From Leptogorgia sarmentosa (Eukaryota), in contig OZ210885.1 of assembly GCA_964658305.1 (NCBI GenBank), forward strand, positions 1,736,001-1,800,000: a stretch of DNA of 64,000 bases, read 5' to 3'. Positions 1-14,261 of the stretch are shown here, in pieces (position 1 is the stretch's first letter; each line of letters starts with the position of its first letter). The notes below the pieces were generated by a model. It was not told the DNA's origin. It was given only the letters and a program-made list of their open reading frames with translations, and ran no database searches. Both the position numbers and the translations under genes were made by a program.

Positions 1-480
1 AAGGGATCCAATAATAATTTTTCTACACAATATAATTGCGGCAAACCATCATGCTTGCTTATATGGCGAGAAATTCTAACTTTTGAACGTCTTCGTTATG
101 TAAATTATAATAGCTTTCACGGCACCATTGTTGACTTGTAAAGTTAATTTATTCAAAAAGTGAAGGCTAACATGTCTGACATTTCTGGTAATGTTTTTGG
201 AAAAAAGCACTGCTAGCATAATCTGCATATATGGCTAAGTTTCAGAGCAAAATACTAACGCTGTGACAATTTTTTTTAGTTTTTTCATAGTAGTGCTTTA
301 GAATTTTGTCCAAATATGTGCAGGAAGTGATTGTTAAACAACAACACTACGCTGCCTGTAACACCGACTACTGTAGTAGTCCCACCTTAATATGGGACCC
401 GGTCCACTGGGACCGGGAATAATTTTCCCATTATTCAATATCCAAGATGGCGTCAGCCTCTCAGGAAAATATAGACTTAC

Positions 481-1019
481 ACGTTGCACAACTTGCACAA
501 GGAAAGCAACATTAAAATGGTGATAATAATAGTGCAAACAGGCCACCACCTTAACTGAGAGAACAATTAAGAGACTGTACGTGGATAGTCAGGAAACACA
601 TTTTGTGGACGATGACAGAGCCATATGAATAGACTATTAGGTTGTGTGAAGTCAATTAGAAGAGCGTAGGAGAAAAGACGTGTCTATCAAAAGTTACAAA
701 TTTGCTTTTTATAACAAAATACGTTGATTTTTTCGCTTTTGTAGCATATTTTTTACTAACATTGTTAAAAATAAACTGGCATAATTCTTTAAAACCGGCA
801 TAATTCGAGCATAATTTAGACATAAAACGAGCACTGCTAGTAGCATATTATGCTACTTTTACTAGCACAATTGAGAAAAGCCTATCAGACACAGCAAAAG
901 TTGGAATATGATCGCTCCGCTCGCGCGGCCAAAGCAGCTGCAATTTTTACAGTACATTTCCAGAAAGTAAAGTAGAATTTATTTGTTTACTTTCGGTTTC
1001 TCTCCGAATCGTCTAGCAT
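481..1019 (-). CDS. Putative first two coding exons of a gene running off the left edge (signal peptide or type II TM-like N-terminus)
   Basis: Exon 1019-991 (ATG...CGA AA|GTAAAC) joins in phase to exon 549-481 (TTAAG|G TGG TGG...AAC GT|GTAAGT). Product MLDDSERNRKWWPVCTIIITILMLLSLCKLCN: charged N-region then a hydrophobic stretch. No homology recognised. Confidence 0.4.
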
Positions 1020-1065
1020 GTGTACCGTGACCGTAAACACGAATAATTACACGATACACACAAAA

Positions 1066-1499
1066 GCGTACGGGCTACATTTTTTCAGGGGGGGGCAGAA
1101 AGATCTTTGCCCGAATTTGAGGGTCACGAGGCGCACCATGGTTGGCGCCGACTGCCGAGCGAGAAATTTTTGAACTTTTACAGCCTCCGGATTGCCGGAA
1201 ACGGCGATTTCAGAGTCCTAACTCCACTTTCTTGGTAGCTTGTTCAGGTGAACGACTGGAGGATTGTTTACATTACCCTTATTCGTCAGATTTTTGCCCG
1301 AAATATGCTCAAAATCAGTGCCCGAATTTTCCGATTTGAAATGTTTTCTTTTTTTTGGGGGGGGGGCAGTTGCCCCCCCTTGCCCCCCCAAAAAACCCCT
1401 AATTAGTTAGGGTTGGGGGGGGGGCAGTTGCCCCCCTTGCCCCCCCCCCCCCCCCTTTGCCCCCCCCCCCCCCACCCCCCCCACCCCCGTACGCCTATG
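1066..1499. mobile_element. Non-autonomous repeat with G/C homopolymer tracts
   Basis: Ends GCGTACGGG...CCCGTACGCC are inverted. Internal GGGGGGGCAGTTGCCCCCC palindromic blocks occur twice. Confidence 0.45.
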
Positions 1500-1620
1500 G
1501 ATGCACACGTGTTCAAATAGCGTACTTTGACGAAATTGTGTATTCAATGTACAGGGACGTGAGAGGATATAGTCTTTATATACTATATTGTCTTTATATA
1601 TTATAGATCTTTACTCTTTT

Positions 1621-3134
1621 ATAATTGCTGCCGAGCGCCAGCAAGGCAGCACACTATTCTTGACGTCACAAGGATTCCCCAGAGTTCACTCGACCCAGTC
1701 TTTTGCGCGGAACTATGTATAGTCGAAATCTCGATTTGTGTCTGTCCGGATGATAATTTTTCGGGGGAATTTCGCAATCTCCAGGTCATTTTAGAAAATG
1801 AGGGGTGCGGTCAAACAATAATTTGTGGTGCGCGCGCATGTTTTTGCTCATCGATTCCATAATCCATGTGCTCGCGTTCTGCCGGTTGTATCAAAGACGT
1901 TTAGCACGGTGGATAAGCAAAATTTTAAAAACACTTCTATTCATTTTGTAAATAATTGCTCGTAGTTCTATCTCTATGCATAGTTGTTATGTTTACACAG
2001 AAAAGTTTAGTCTCCTTGTAGTTAATACTTCATAATTTCGTTGGATATTTTCGACTTATCCAGCGCTTAAGCTTGACGCCTTTGATACAACCGGCCCCTG
2101 GTGTCTGTCCTTTCTTCTGATTGTCGTAATTCTGGGGAACAGTACAATTTTTTGAATGTGGAGGAATCAAACCATATTTTTGTACCTGCGCACGCAGTCT
2201 CGCAGACATATTTGTTGCGTTGAACGCTTACTTATATATAACACTTGCACTATATTAATTATTGTTGATTTGCTACCATTGATTCACGTTGATTGACACT
2301 TTATGATTAGGCTATCACATTACAGTAGAGACATCAGAGCACATCACAGTCAAAGTTTAACTGCTAACCTGAGCATCTTAGTTTATGCTAACCAGTAGAA
2401 TGTCTGTTTAATGGGACTTAACACGAGGATATTGGCACAGAAGTAAGGAGAATACGTATAAGTAATTGCATGCATTTCGTTTATAATCTAGCTAACAATC
2501 TCACATAATTTATATCAATATTTAGATCGAATTATATACCATTGCGCACAATATTATTTGTCACAATAAATATGATAAACCAATATCCAGTCGTGTGGCG
2601 TTTAACGAGTATTGTCGATTCAACGAACCAATATTGCTATCCAACTATATATTGCTAGCCCTAATAGACACACTGTTAAGGTTAGTGTTTACTATACCAT
2701 TACTAATAGTATAGTGAACACTAACCGTAACAGTAAACCTTCACCCTAACTAGCGTGCTGTATGAGACATAAACACAATATGCGTATCGAATCGCATTTT
2801 GAATTGTTATGTTGAACTTGCGATTGTCTTTTAACGAACGAGACATAAACGTGGTAAACTTAATCACTTTGTACAATCGTATCACGAAGGCTGTCAAACG
2901 CGTGCTTTCTGAACACTCGGGTATATCACATTTCACTTCCTGTGATCGTAATAAAAAAATGTATCATGCCCAGGCTTTTTAAAAACTCGGATATATTACA
3001 TGCGTGATTTTTTTGATTTCGTATCACGATAGTATGTCACTGTTTCAAAAGTGGACGGGTATTCTACAACACAGCCGGGATTTTAAAGTTTGTGCGCTAC
3101 GGCAGCAGTTTTCTTGCGATAGTAACTCCTAGTT
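1621..3134 (+). mobile_element. Helentron/Helitron-like non-autonomous element (contains a nested MITE)
   Basis: 5' TTGCTGCC...GGCAGCA hairpin at 1625-1651, short GTCTGTCC tract at ~1740, matching 3' subterminal CGGCAGCAG at ~3100, then a weak hairpin and a CTAGTT end. Confidence 0.5.
1881..2098. mobile_element. MITE family A (TIR GGCCGGTTGTATCAAAG...)
   Basis: GCCGGTTGTATCAAAG at 1881 and CTTTGATACAACCGGC at ~2080-2095. Other copies at 14262-14498 and, partially, ~12549-12690. Confidence 0.75.
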
Positions 3135-3412
3135 ATAAAACAACTATTATTTATGGCGATGGCGATTGAAAATTATCATACTACAGTTAGAACAACACTC
3201 CTGAGTTTACTGTCGCGAATCATGTTCCACTGAGCGCTATATAATAACTGGACACATTCAATCTGCCCACTATATTTTCCTGAAAACCGCGTCGATTGTG
3301 ATATGATCAGATATTCTTAGAAGGTTATTGTCACTAAGCAAGAAGCGAATGACTCCTAAAAAGTATTTAAGATCTCGAAAATCTCTTGAGGTTTTTAGGG
3401 CTATTTCCGATA

Positions 3413-3775
3413 ATATCATTGTTGTCAATTTCCTGGACGCTGATTGGCTGAAAAGCTTCAACAACTGTGCAAATTAAACTTTAATTTGCACAGTATGCAA
3501 ATTTAACTTAATTGCACGGTTTCGAGCCCGCGGTACATTATAAAAACAAATAAATAAACGCTTAAATCAACGCTAAAATTCTTGTTTTTTTTGTCATTTA
3601 TTGTCAACTTTGGACAAAAAATGTTAGTGAACGTGTACTACAATGATATTAATACGAAATTACACTTGTTCTCGAAGTATTAATGAAAAATTGCACTTGT
3701 GTTTGGCGAAATACCGCTCGTGTTTCGCACTCGCGTGCAATTTTTCATTAATACTTCTCGAACCGTATAATTTTC
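3413..3775 (+). mobile_element. Dispersed repeat with long internal palindrome
   Basis: GAAGTATTAATGAAAAATTGCAC...GTGCAATTTTTCATTAATACTTC inverted repeat. A reverse-complement copy lies at ~28000-28322. Confidence 0.7.
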
Positions 3776-4439
3776 TGCTGCGACCATGCGTAACGACGAT
3801 TGTCATGCTGGTGACTCTTAGTTTGCATTGTTTTAGGTGTTGTGTAAATTCTGCCTTTTAGAAGATCGAATTCAAGATTCAACTGTTGGAAACAGTAAGC
3901 ATTTGGTTATTATCTATTGTCAACCTCTCTTTAGAGTAGTAGCCAATTAATTGTACCGTTGTATAAAACGAATTACCGAATTTATTCTATGAAGGTCAGT
4001 TGAAACGAGGCCAATATGTTGATCATCATCATCACGTTGGCATCATTTGAACACTATGTCGAATAATGTTGCTTGAATTTAAAAAAGTTACAATTTTCAT
4101 CCGAAAATGTTGGACAGCTATAGGCCTTTAAGATACTGGTTTTGATACTTGTAGTGTTGTAGTGTGCGGTGTTGTATAAATATAATAAATGAGTTTATGG
4201 GGAGACGGGGGGGGGGGGGGATTCCTCCAGGAGGGGGGCTTTTGGCCCCCCAGTGTACTATGTTTAAAAAGGCCCTGGCTAAACAAGATTGTGTGACCGC
4301 CAATTCTCATGCACTCTCATACAGTAATAATTAATTATAGTGTATAAACCATTTGTAAACGTGGGTGGGGATAAAGACATGAAGCTAAATAGTGACAAAG
4401 GCACTGCCATATTGAATATAATATTTTTCCTATCTAGCA

Positions 4440-7400
4440 ATGGAGGACATCACACCTACACCTGAAACCAGGTGGGTCTAATAGACCATTTTTAGAAGAA
4501 CCTGAGCATGACTGGCAAAGCCAATTATACATCTGCAGACATCAGAAACATATAAAACAATTGAATGAAGTTTATTACTCATGCAAGTATATTGCAACAA
4601 TATAGTGCAATATAGCAGGAAACAGACATATCTTTAAGTATTCTCAAAGACAGTTTTGTATCCCAATTACTTTCTCACAGTAATAATTTTGACAGGTCAT
4701 TTTCATTCACCCTGTAAACAGAATTTAAAAGATAACAACATTACACCGGCCACAATATGGAAGATCTAAATGTAAAACCAACAGTTAAATTTGAGTTAAT
4801 ATGGGTATTTGTTCTGGTTATTTTTCAGTGTTGATTGCGATGTGAATCATCAGTATTATCCTCACCTCTTCTTGCTACCTGCTGTAAGTATCGTTAATGC
4901 CACCATCAGGACTTGAAGTATTAAATTTGTAAGATTTTTTGCGGAAAAAACCATATTTTAAAGCTTTTTTTTTCAAAAATTGTTCCTTTGATGCGATCAT
5001 GAAATAGCTGTTTCCAGTCTATTCTAGGCCCTGGGAATGAGGTTGTGTTTCCAGCAATTTAGAGGTTCTAAATGTTCAAAATTTTCTTGCTCTACGCCAA
5101 TCATGTTGCGCTTCCTGATCTTCCACCATTCAAACTGCTTATTAACTTTTATCGGCACATTTTCAAATACACAATGTCCTATTAAAATGCACTCTTAACC
5201 CCCTCAAAATATCATGACCACGCCCTTTTATCTGGACAAAATACTGTTACAGCCCATCCCCGCCTGCCCGCCCCCCAATGCTGAAACTGAATTTATGCCT
5301 CTGTCACATACTTTAGATGTAAAAATAATCGATTTCAAAAGAGACCAAAGGTGCAGCATACGAGTATATGAATATTTCCCCCAAATTATCCATCTAACTT
5401 TGTTTTAGGGAATAATCATTACCATATTGGCCTTTTTACGACGACGAAGAAGTTTCAGAAAAGACATTTGGAAAGGTCGTCCTGGGGTTGTTGTGTAAGT
5501 AAATACAAAGAATCCTGGGGACCTCCATGGAGTTGGGCAGTGTCCCAGAGGCAATGGACATAACTCGTCCTCCAAGCACAACCCCCCCCCCCCCCTGCCA
5601 GATCTTGATTGCAACATGCAACCGTCCCCCATTGAACGAGGGTATGACAATCGCAGGCTGCGTTCCATGGTGACGTGATTTCATATTAACGAACATTATA
5701 AAATCCCGCTCAGCAAAGAGCACGTCCATTCTTGTCCAGTCTGTCTGCCAAAGTCCAGTGAGGAGAAAGGGCATAACTACAAAGATTTGAAAACGCCCTG
5801 TTACATCCTATATAGGCCTATAGATTTCTTTGGTATGGATCACAACCGCCTATCTGTCGTGTGCGTGTTTGGAGCTGCTACTGGATCAATCGTGGATTTA
5901 GCCGTCGCCAGCCCAAGCATTCTTGGATTCCAGGATACGAATGCTTGGGGAAAAGGTTAGAAACGATTTTTCATGTATATCGATAGGATTCTGTACAGCA
6001 CAACTTAGCTATTACTCCTAGGAGCTCTACCCCACCAATTCATGCTGCTAAATCCCTTCGTTTTTAACGTGAGGGAGACTGGGAGCGATTGCACGTGGGT
6101 TCTCGCGGGTGAGGTACGTAAAATCTGTGCACTTGGAACTGATCACTGCCACTTATAACTCGTTAGTGCCACTTTTGTGGACTGAAAATCTTGAGCAAAA
6201 ATAATATTTTCGGATTTCCAGATTTAGGATAAATTGACCATTTGATCATTTTGTCTGGCGGTCCCTTTACGCGGCAAGATTTCTAAAAAAACTTCTTTTT
6301 GTCCTAAAAATGTGCTATATTTTCGTGCCAAAAAACAAAACATTCAGAAATTCGACTACATCCAATAGAATTTCTCGGAGCCCCGGTAATAGCTAAACTG
6401 ACGCGCCCTGTAAAAATTAGCGATTCCCGAATCGAACAGAGGATTGGGTCTAGTCGCTTGTTTTGGAGGGACAAATATAAACAATAGGCCGAAATTGACA
6501 TCTGCGAATCTGAAATGCAAAAAATATAATTAAGGCATCATTCAATAAATATTTAGCTCCTCTACTTTTGCTTCTTGTCCCTCAGTTGCCCCTCTAAACT
6601 TTGACTGGACCCAGTCCTTCGCTCGATTGGAAAATGGCTAATTGCCTTTGATCTAACACGATATTTATCCTTTAGCATTTCTTCTCATTGCAACCTGTGT
6701 CGAAATTGCCTTGCTCTATTATCCGCACTTTGGATGCTTGACGTCATATCACACAGTAATTGGAGCTTTAATGGGAGTCTTGTACGCAACAGTTTTGTGA
6801 GTACAGCTACCAATGAATTTACGTACTTACCATGTTTTTACGACTTTTTCATTCACTTGGACCGTTTGTTTGGCGTTCTCATGGCTCGCCATTGGAAAAC
6901 CTGAAGAGCTAATAGGTATTTTATTTTCTTAATGCAGCTTCCTTGTGTCGTTGACCGCAACTTTCCAAAAGTGTGAGGTAAGGGGCTGTTTACATGAGCC
7001 TATAGTAGGGCTGTCCCTAGCAGTAGGACCTGCGCATTTGTTCATATATTAGCATGTTAATTTGCGCATTATAAACATTAAATATTATTTATTATTAATT
7101 TTCACTGCTTGTTTACATGAGAAAAATCAGCCATAATAGAAGGGATGTCTTCATTCCCACAGCTGAATTTTAGAACAAAAGCCAACAGACATTTGGATAT
7201 TTATTTAGAACTAAATTTTTAAAACAACAAAAGCTTCAAAGAGTTTATTCTTAAATGGATTCGACAGCTTTTCCACTCAGCTCTATTTGAAGGGCCAGCC
7301 CACTCTACTGCGTTTATATGAGAAAATTCCAGCCCTACCAGGCGTGATCTCGGGTGAATAATAGCGAGATCTCGCCTAGGAGGGCTGGTTCTCATGTAAA

Positions 7401-10400
7401 CGTAAACAATTTTTATCATTATTTGTTTAAAATAATTCAAGAGTTTTGATTGGTTAAGAGCAGTGGGTGAATTCGTCATATCTGCTCGGTAAAACACATA
7501 ACGACATTATGACGTATTTATTGTCATAATTTTATGACGTCGACTAATTTATGCTGCTTATGTTAAAAGTGGCAAAAAATACAAGTTCTTGTTTACAGAT
7601 ACAAATAAATAATGAAACAATTATTAAATTCTGTTCTCGTAGGATATGCTGAATTATTAAGGCCTCGGTTTGTGCAGAGCGTAATAAAACATTTTATTAC
7701 GCCCTGGTTTGTGTTTGTGTTATTTGCCTCAGCCTTAATAATTCCTCATATCCTGCTCGACCTCATTCAATAATTGTTTAATAAGGATTTCAAATAGTAT
7801 GCGGGATCTCGCCTAGTAGGTCAGCCCTCCTGATAGGGCCCATGTAAATTATTTAGCGGTTTGGTTCATCTATTCCTTTATCTACACTTGACTTGAATTA
7901 CCGCTTTTCTCATTGTGTTAGGAATTTACGACGTTTGGTTATGCTGTTATGATAGTGTCCTCGATACCACAAATACTCTGTCATCTGTTTATTGTGGGAA
8001 AATTTATACTTGTCCTTTACAAGGAAATTAAGGAATATGGACTACACAGAAAACGATTCTTTTCTGAAGTAAGTTCATAGAAATATTAGACCTAGAGTGG
8101 GCGGTGTCTGAATTGAAAACAAAAATTAGAATTCTGTTTTAATTCTGCCATACTAGATTTGTCCGAGGAATGGTTTGAATATGTCCGTGCAGGCGAGTTT
8201 AATTTGCCCGTGTGAAATTTTTTAAATCGTTAAGGCGGTAGGCATCACCGTTTTCGGGCGAACGAGCAAAAAGTGAGTTTGACTGGGTGGTGATGTGGTC
8301 GGTGTGTGTCTGCAGTCAATCAAGTTGGTGCGAACAAGTGGAAAACAGGCTTTATGTAAATCAGTCAATCAGTGAACGTCACTAGTTTAATTGAGAGAGG
8401 ATATATGAAAGCAAGCTGAACGCAAAAAGCAAAAAAATATTTTTATGGCCAAATCTGTTTAATTTCGGTTTTATTCAGTTTTGTAATAGCATCGCTCAAA
8501 AATTGACTATGCCTTAATCGGTGACCATTTAGGACGAACAGTCAGAAGTCAAGTTGACAAGCCCTTGGTTAAAAGATTACGTTAGAGAACTTATCAACTC
8601 AGAGTAAGGACGTTTATTTAGTATATATAATAAATTAAGATGGATAACTATTATTATAGAATTAGCATTTGCTTTTTGATAATTTACTATTGTATATAAA
8701 TCAAATATTTCCGCCTCCTTTGTAGACCAGCCCCACAATACTCAGGAATGCAATTCTACTTGAGGAAAATTTATAATCCAAACAAAAGTAAGTGTTTATG
8801 ACTTTATGTCTCAACCTGTCGTAAACCAGGTAAAGATAGCGCGGAACAAAATTTGCCAAGTGCATGTATGACATTATAGAATTTCCGGAAAAGGGAAGTT
8901 CAGAATGAAAGACGTTTTGTACAATGTTTATCAACATTTTGCTGCATATTATTGACTCTTGGCAATATTGTAATGGATTTTCAGTAACGTTGCGAAATTT
9001 TAAGATACAGCAAGTGTTCTACTAACTAACCTAAACGATCCAATAAGGTTGTGCGTTTCAACAGACCATTTGCACCGATTCCCGACGAAGGGCATTTCTT
9101 TGAAACATCGAACCTTTTTGTATTGTTTACGTAGTTAATGAGTAGAACGTTTGCTGCTTGTTGATAGAGACCTTAAGAGAGATCGTTCCCAGTAAACCGC
9201 TGACCGCATGGGGGTGTGTTTTATTGAAGCTGCTGTGTTTTACAGTAAGCTCTAAAAGTTTTCGACATTAAAGTAGGTTATTAACGCTTAACTTTTCATT
9301 TACAAATCAGCCAAACTTCGGACAATGAACAGTTGATCTCAGTATACGATTTGAAGTTTGCCGTTTTTGCGGTTAGCCGTAGCTCTAATCGTCTATCTGA
9401 ATGCCTAATAAGTTTTCTCTTTCTAGATTTCAAGTTTTCTACACAAACTCTCTCCGTGTTCATGATCTGCTTTATTATACTTTACTCTGTGAGTCGTACA
9501 ATATTTCCAACTGATTTTTTAAAGACGATACACGACAATTGAGTTAAACGTGTGTGTGAAATACGAGGGGTTCCAGGTCAATAACTGATAAATATGTATT
9601 CTGTTGTATAGATAACAACAATTTTGCTTATTAGTGCAAGTAGACAGCTGGATCAAATCAATCAGGTTGATGACCCCGTTGATAAGTTTAATGAGTGGAG
9701 ATTTAGAATCTTTCGTTGGATTTTTGGTAAGTGTGTTGAAAAATATCTATGCTTTAATCTATGTAGCTTGTATCTATTTTGCCTTAAAGTATATACCAAT
9801 AATATTATGTCCCAAAACGCGCTAAAAGCCTTGGAATAAAAATATTTGATGATGATGATGATGATAGTGATGGTGATTATTGATAAACGTTATTTAACCA
9901 CGCTAACGTTGTCAGCAAAATAGCTGTTTTCATGCACAATGGGCGTGTAAAAGGACATATTTATTAACTATTTACAAAATATTAAAACATAACTATTTTA
10001 ACAATCGTAGATAATAAGTAGCATAGTAAAATTTTAACAATCATGGTTAGAGTTTAGTGAAATTGAGAATAATTTATTTTCATTAGTAAAGGGAGAAGGC
10101 TGATAATTTCTTTTCAAAACCAGAAAGTGTTTTGGTATCTCTGATGACTTCAGGAATAGATCTTAATTTGTGTTTGGAGTGTTTACCATTGAAGTAATTC
10201 TAGTACTGTTTCTTGACCATCATCGTTCGCTACATCTGCTATAATTCGGGCAGCTCTCTTGCGAAGCTTTTGTAGACGCATCGATTGAGTTTCATAAAAT
10301 TGATATAAATTTGAAAACACATCCAGCTGTTTCCCCATGTTGCCGGCATCTTTCATAAACAAACTTTTATTTAGGTTCGTTGATCGGCGCTTCCATTTTG

Positions 10401-13400
10401 GCCGCCATATTTTGTGTTATCTCTCTTACGCGTTTCATGGAAAATCACAAGTATGTTACGTAATAGATATGTTTGAGTGGGTTAGTCGTAGCCCGTTTTA
10501 TACATATTCGTCTTTCCACTTCAAACGTTGCGTTTGTCGTTGTTTCCTCTTTCCTGAGGAGTGAAGTGGATCTAATGACTCCGACACAAAAGAAAGTGTT
10601 CCGTTACGTTACGGTACGCTTGAAGTAAAATAAGTTATGTATAGTTGTGCACATGTACGCACAAGTGTTCTTTCTTTATTACGTTGGCCACGTGATGTTT
10701 TTTACTTTGCGCGTAGTTTTCCAGCATCGATTACAACAGGTTGGAGTCCAAGTCCAAACTGACTTGGAAATGTGGTAACTCCAAAATTCTCATCCCCTAT
10801 TTCTATATTATCTACAGGAATAACATGTTAAGGATGTTCAAAGGCGATAAATCTTTTATTCCGCGGACAATCAATATGCAGTCGCAATTTGTAATTGTAA
10901 GTTGAACCATATACCCTTGTCGTCGTGTGTTTTTTTGTCTGGTTATTTATGCATGCACTCATAACTAACCCAATGGCCTCGTTTTCATTTTGCTTCGCGG
11001 CCTCTCCCGAATGTTATATCCGTATAAAATGTTCTTCTCTCAGTTTAATCTCTACTTACAAATGCACCCTCATCCTCCAGATCCGATTTAGAACCCTCGC
11101 CACAGAACCCTCTAGCCACGATTGGTATAGATAATTTTCTTGTGTAAATTCCCAATACAAGACGTTTTACGTTTCAGGGGGGGGGGGGCGATTGTGTGAA
11201 TGAATGCGTTTGCCTCTCAAATGTCAAAGTTGATCCGATTATTGTTTTGTATAGGGAAAGGCACTGAGATTCCATTGTTTTCAAATTGGCTTCTTTTTGT
11301 GGGGTAAGTATTCTTTGTTTGAATTGACACTTAAGTTCCCTAAGTTACGGAGTCGAATCATTCGGGGGGTTGGAAAATTCTTTCATTCTGGGGGTTGGAG
11401 AATTCTTTCATTCGGGGGGGGGGTTGGAGAATTCTTGTTGGTAAAATATCTGTTATTAAATCCGATACGTTTCGTGTAAACACAGCAATCCGGTATTCTC
11501 GTGGTGTGCGAAAGATGGTTGAGGCAGCCATTCGGGGGGCGCGGGGCGTTCCAGCAGTAGTGCGAACACGCATGCGTTCCTTTTTTTAATCCGGTATGAA
11601 AGCAATCCGGAATAGTGTTATCCCGGTCTAAGTGCTAACATCCAAAATTAGGCTGCTTTGAGATACAGAATTTGTGTACTCGTGGTCCAATCCTGCCCCC
11701 GCAAAGCACCCCTTCATTTGGTGCTATCACTGGAAACTTCTATTGTATTTTTCTAGGCTACGTTCTGCTCTTGCTGCTGTTTTGGGTTATCCTAATATTT
11801 TTTCACGCATTACCGCATATTTGGAGTGATATCGTAGACTGGTTTAAAGGAGGGGGGTACGTATAGCGATGCTCTCGTATTTTGGGACGCAAAAAGAACT
11901 TCCTTATATTGTCAGGCGAGAGAATAGCCGAGATCAGGGCGCTTGTTTGAGTTCATTTGCATTAGGTTTGACACATGAAAAGTTTGACGTCTAAACTAGG
12001 ACTAACAGTTGATAACTTTGTTCCCCAATATTTTATTCAGCGTTCTCATGTTCGTGGCTGTTCTTACCTACATCTCAATGCTTGCCATCTCGGCAACAGT
12101 ATTCCGCGACAACAGCTTTCCTAGAAATGTCGTATCTATAGATAACAGGTATGTTTCAACATGATTCTAATAAATTGAGGTTTTTTAATTTCGACTTTGC
12201 TTTGTTCCATATTCAGCAGTAATTTACAAGACATTTTTCGGAGTGACTTTTATATTATGATAAATTTTAATATTTGCTGAACTATCAGTCGGTATTTGGC
12301 AAGTTGTATTGCAACCCACGTTTCGAGGCAGCATATCAACACCATAATTGTTTTTTTTCTTAGAAACGCCTACTTGGTGTTCTCGTATTTTTGGTTTTTC
12401 GTCGGTCTTCCAATGGGTTTTTTCGCTGCCATATTACGAATCTTGAAAGCGTTGCTTGTAGGAGCTCTCATGTTGCCAAGGATTGATCATAGTGTCATGC
12501 CTGACGGATTTCAACGGCTTGACAAAGGTAAGAACTACTAGGGAAAAGGGGTCGCCTGTATCAAAGGCGTTTAGCTTGAACGGTGGATAAGCAAAATTTT
12601 AAAAACACTCCGATTCATTTTGTAAATAAATGAACCTAAATTTTATGAACTAGATGTGTAGTTCTATGCATAGTTGTTATGTTTAGTTCGTTTGTAGTGA
12701 GAAAAATCATTCAGCAGAAATTAAGAGCCCTCCCCTCTCCCTCCCCCCCGCCCATTACGTGCATTCGCGAATCATACCACTGTAATGATCTCTATGGTAA
12801 AGTAACGCATACGGCATGCATCCATTCAACTATATATAGCTCATTCACCAGCCAATGAGAACAGTGAAAGCTAAACTAAAAGATGGTGGCGAGTTGCCGA
12901 AAATCTGATTGCAAGGCAATTGGCCATAGCAAAAAAGATGGCGCATGTACATTTTACCAGAATACATTGCGGTCTGAAATCGTAGATTAACGTCTTTTGA
13001 AGAACAAACAAAAAGCATTAAGCTATATTTTCTTACTAGTGTTGAAATTTCTATCCATTAGCTATGCTTCTTGTGATATTTTTTCAGTGATATGTATTTA
13101 ATACCTTCAGTGCATTCTGATAAAATGTCCTGGCCGCCATCTTTTTTGCTAGACAACTTATGTTATTCTTAAGATTAACTCATTCCATTAAATCAACCAA
13201 TTTGTTGTCTTTGCCGTGCTGTTCGAAGACCGACATGTGAATTGTCACACATTACATACACGAATCAGTAGTACATAGCAGAATTTTATATTGCTTTCAT
13301 TTAATCCTTTTCCTATTTTGCCAGGTTTCAATGCGTACATCTGCTATCTTCACGTACAAACATCATATAGAAACCCAATCCTTCGAGTTTTTTGTCAGCT

Positions 13401-13929
13401 TTTGAACGATGAAACACGTAAGTTTTTTTGTAAAAAAATAGTTTTAGTTACCTAGGTTGATAAACGTGATCCGATTTGGTAAATAAAGTTTTGCTAATTT
13501 CTCTGCTCCTGGCGGAGGGTGTTTCCACGAAGCGCTTCCAGTAATTTTCAACAGAGGGTTTTTATCTCTCAAATCTTATCGTTTATGTAGTGAGCAGAAT
13601 TTTTGCTGCTTGCTGATGTTGTTATGCGCCACCTACACTGGCTGCATACTGAAGTTTGTTAAAGCATGGAAAGGTTCCGGTATTTGAAATTTGTGAATTT
13701 TCACACATCTTACAAACAATTCTGATATTGTATTTTAGGAAACAAAACAGAAAAAAAATGCCGGTGCTCAACTCAGGCGCGTGCGAGGTGGTTCCTAGCC
13801 CTTACCTTGGCCCGCAACCCACAACTAGCATCGGAACGTAAGCCAATTATTCAGTCATTTAAACCTGTGCAGCTTGGTTATCTACAACACGGCGACATCG
13901 AAATCGAAGTTGGTTCGAGTGGAGTCTGA
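4440..13929 (+). CDS. STRA6L: STRA6-like (STRA6/RBPR2 family) multipass membrane protein, 19 coding exons, ~596 aa
   Basis: Manual exons, all GT-AG with matching phases, 1791 nt total: 4440-4471, 4829-4883, 5409-5494, 5816-5955, 6676-6796, 6938-6977, 7922-8068, 8533-8603, 8726-8787, 9427-9488, 9612-9726, 10375-10450, 10818-10896, 11255-11303, 11757-11856, 12041-12148, 12364-12527, 13325-13417, 13739-13929. Family motifs: ILAFLRRR..GRPGVVVPIDF, LLYYPHFGC, IDNRNAYLVFSY, PRIDHSVMPDGFQRLDKGFNAY, NPILRVFCQLL, ARARWFLALTLARNPQL. Confidence 0.9.
6416..6644. mobile_element. MITE family B (TIR ATTAGCCATTTTCCAATCGAGC...), in STRA6-like intron 4
   Basis: Imperfect terminal inverted repeats. Same family as the copies at ~31392-31647, ~40960-41215 and ~48105-48360 in the GPCR spacers. 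Confidence 0.65.
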
Positions 13930-14261
13930 GATAAGTAAATCGCATTCCGTGTATGCTTGTCAAACTATTTCTTTCATATTTTTTACACATTGTTTGAACA
14001 TGTTTTGTGTTTGGGAAATTTTGAGATTTTCCATCTCATTACTCACGCCGTATATTGTCGCAAAAAGTTTGCCTTAGTAAGACTAAAAAGTTTGAGTTAC
14101 TTATTTTGTTTAAAATATCCCATGTTAATGAGGGGGCAGCTAGGCTGCCAAAGTCAATAGGTTGTACATTTGGAAGTATCTAATATCGAGTTAAATGTAT
14201 AGTTTATTTTAGTAGACTATAAGTTCATATTAAATATGTTGAGTTAGTTTGAAAAACATCA

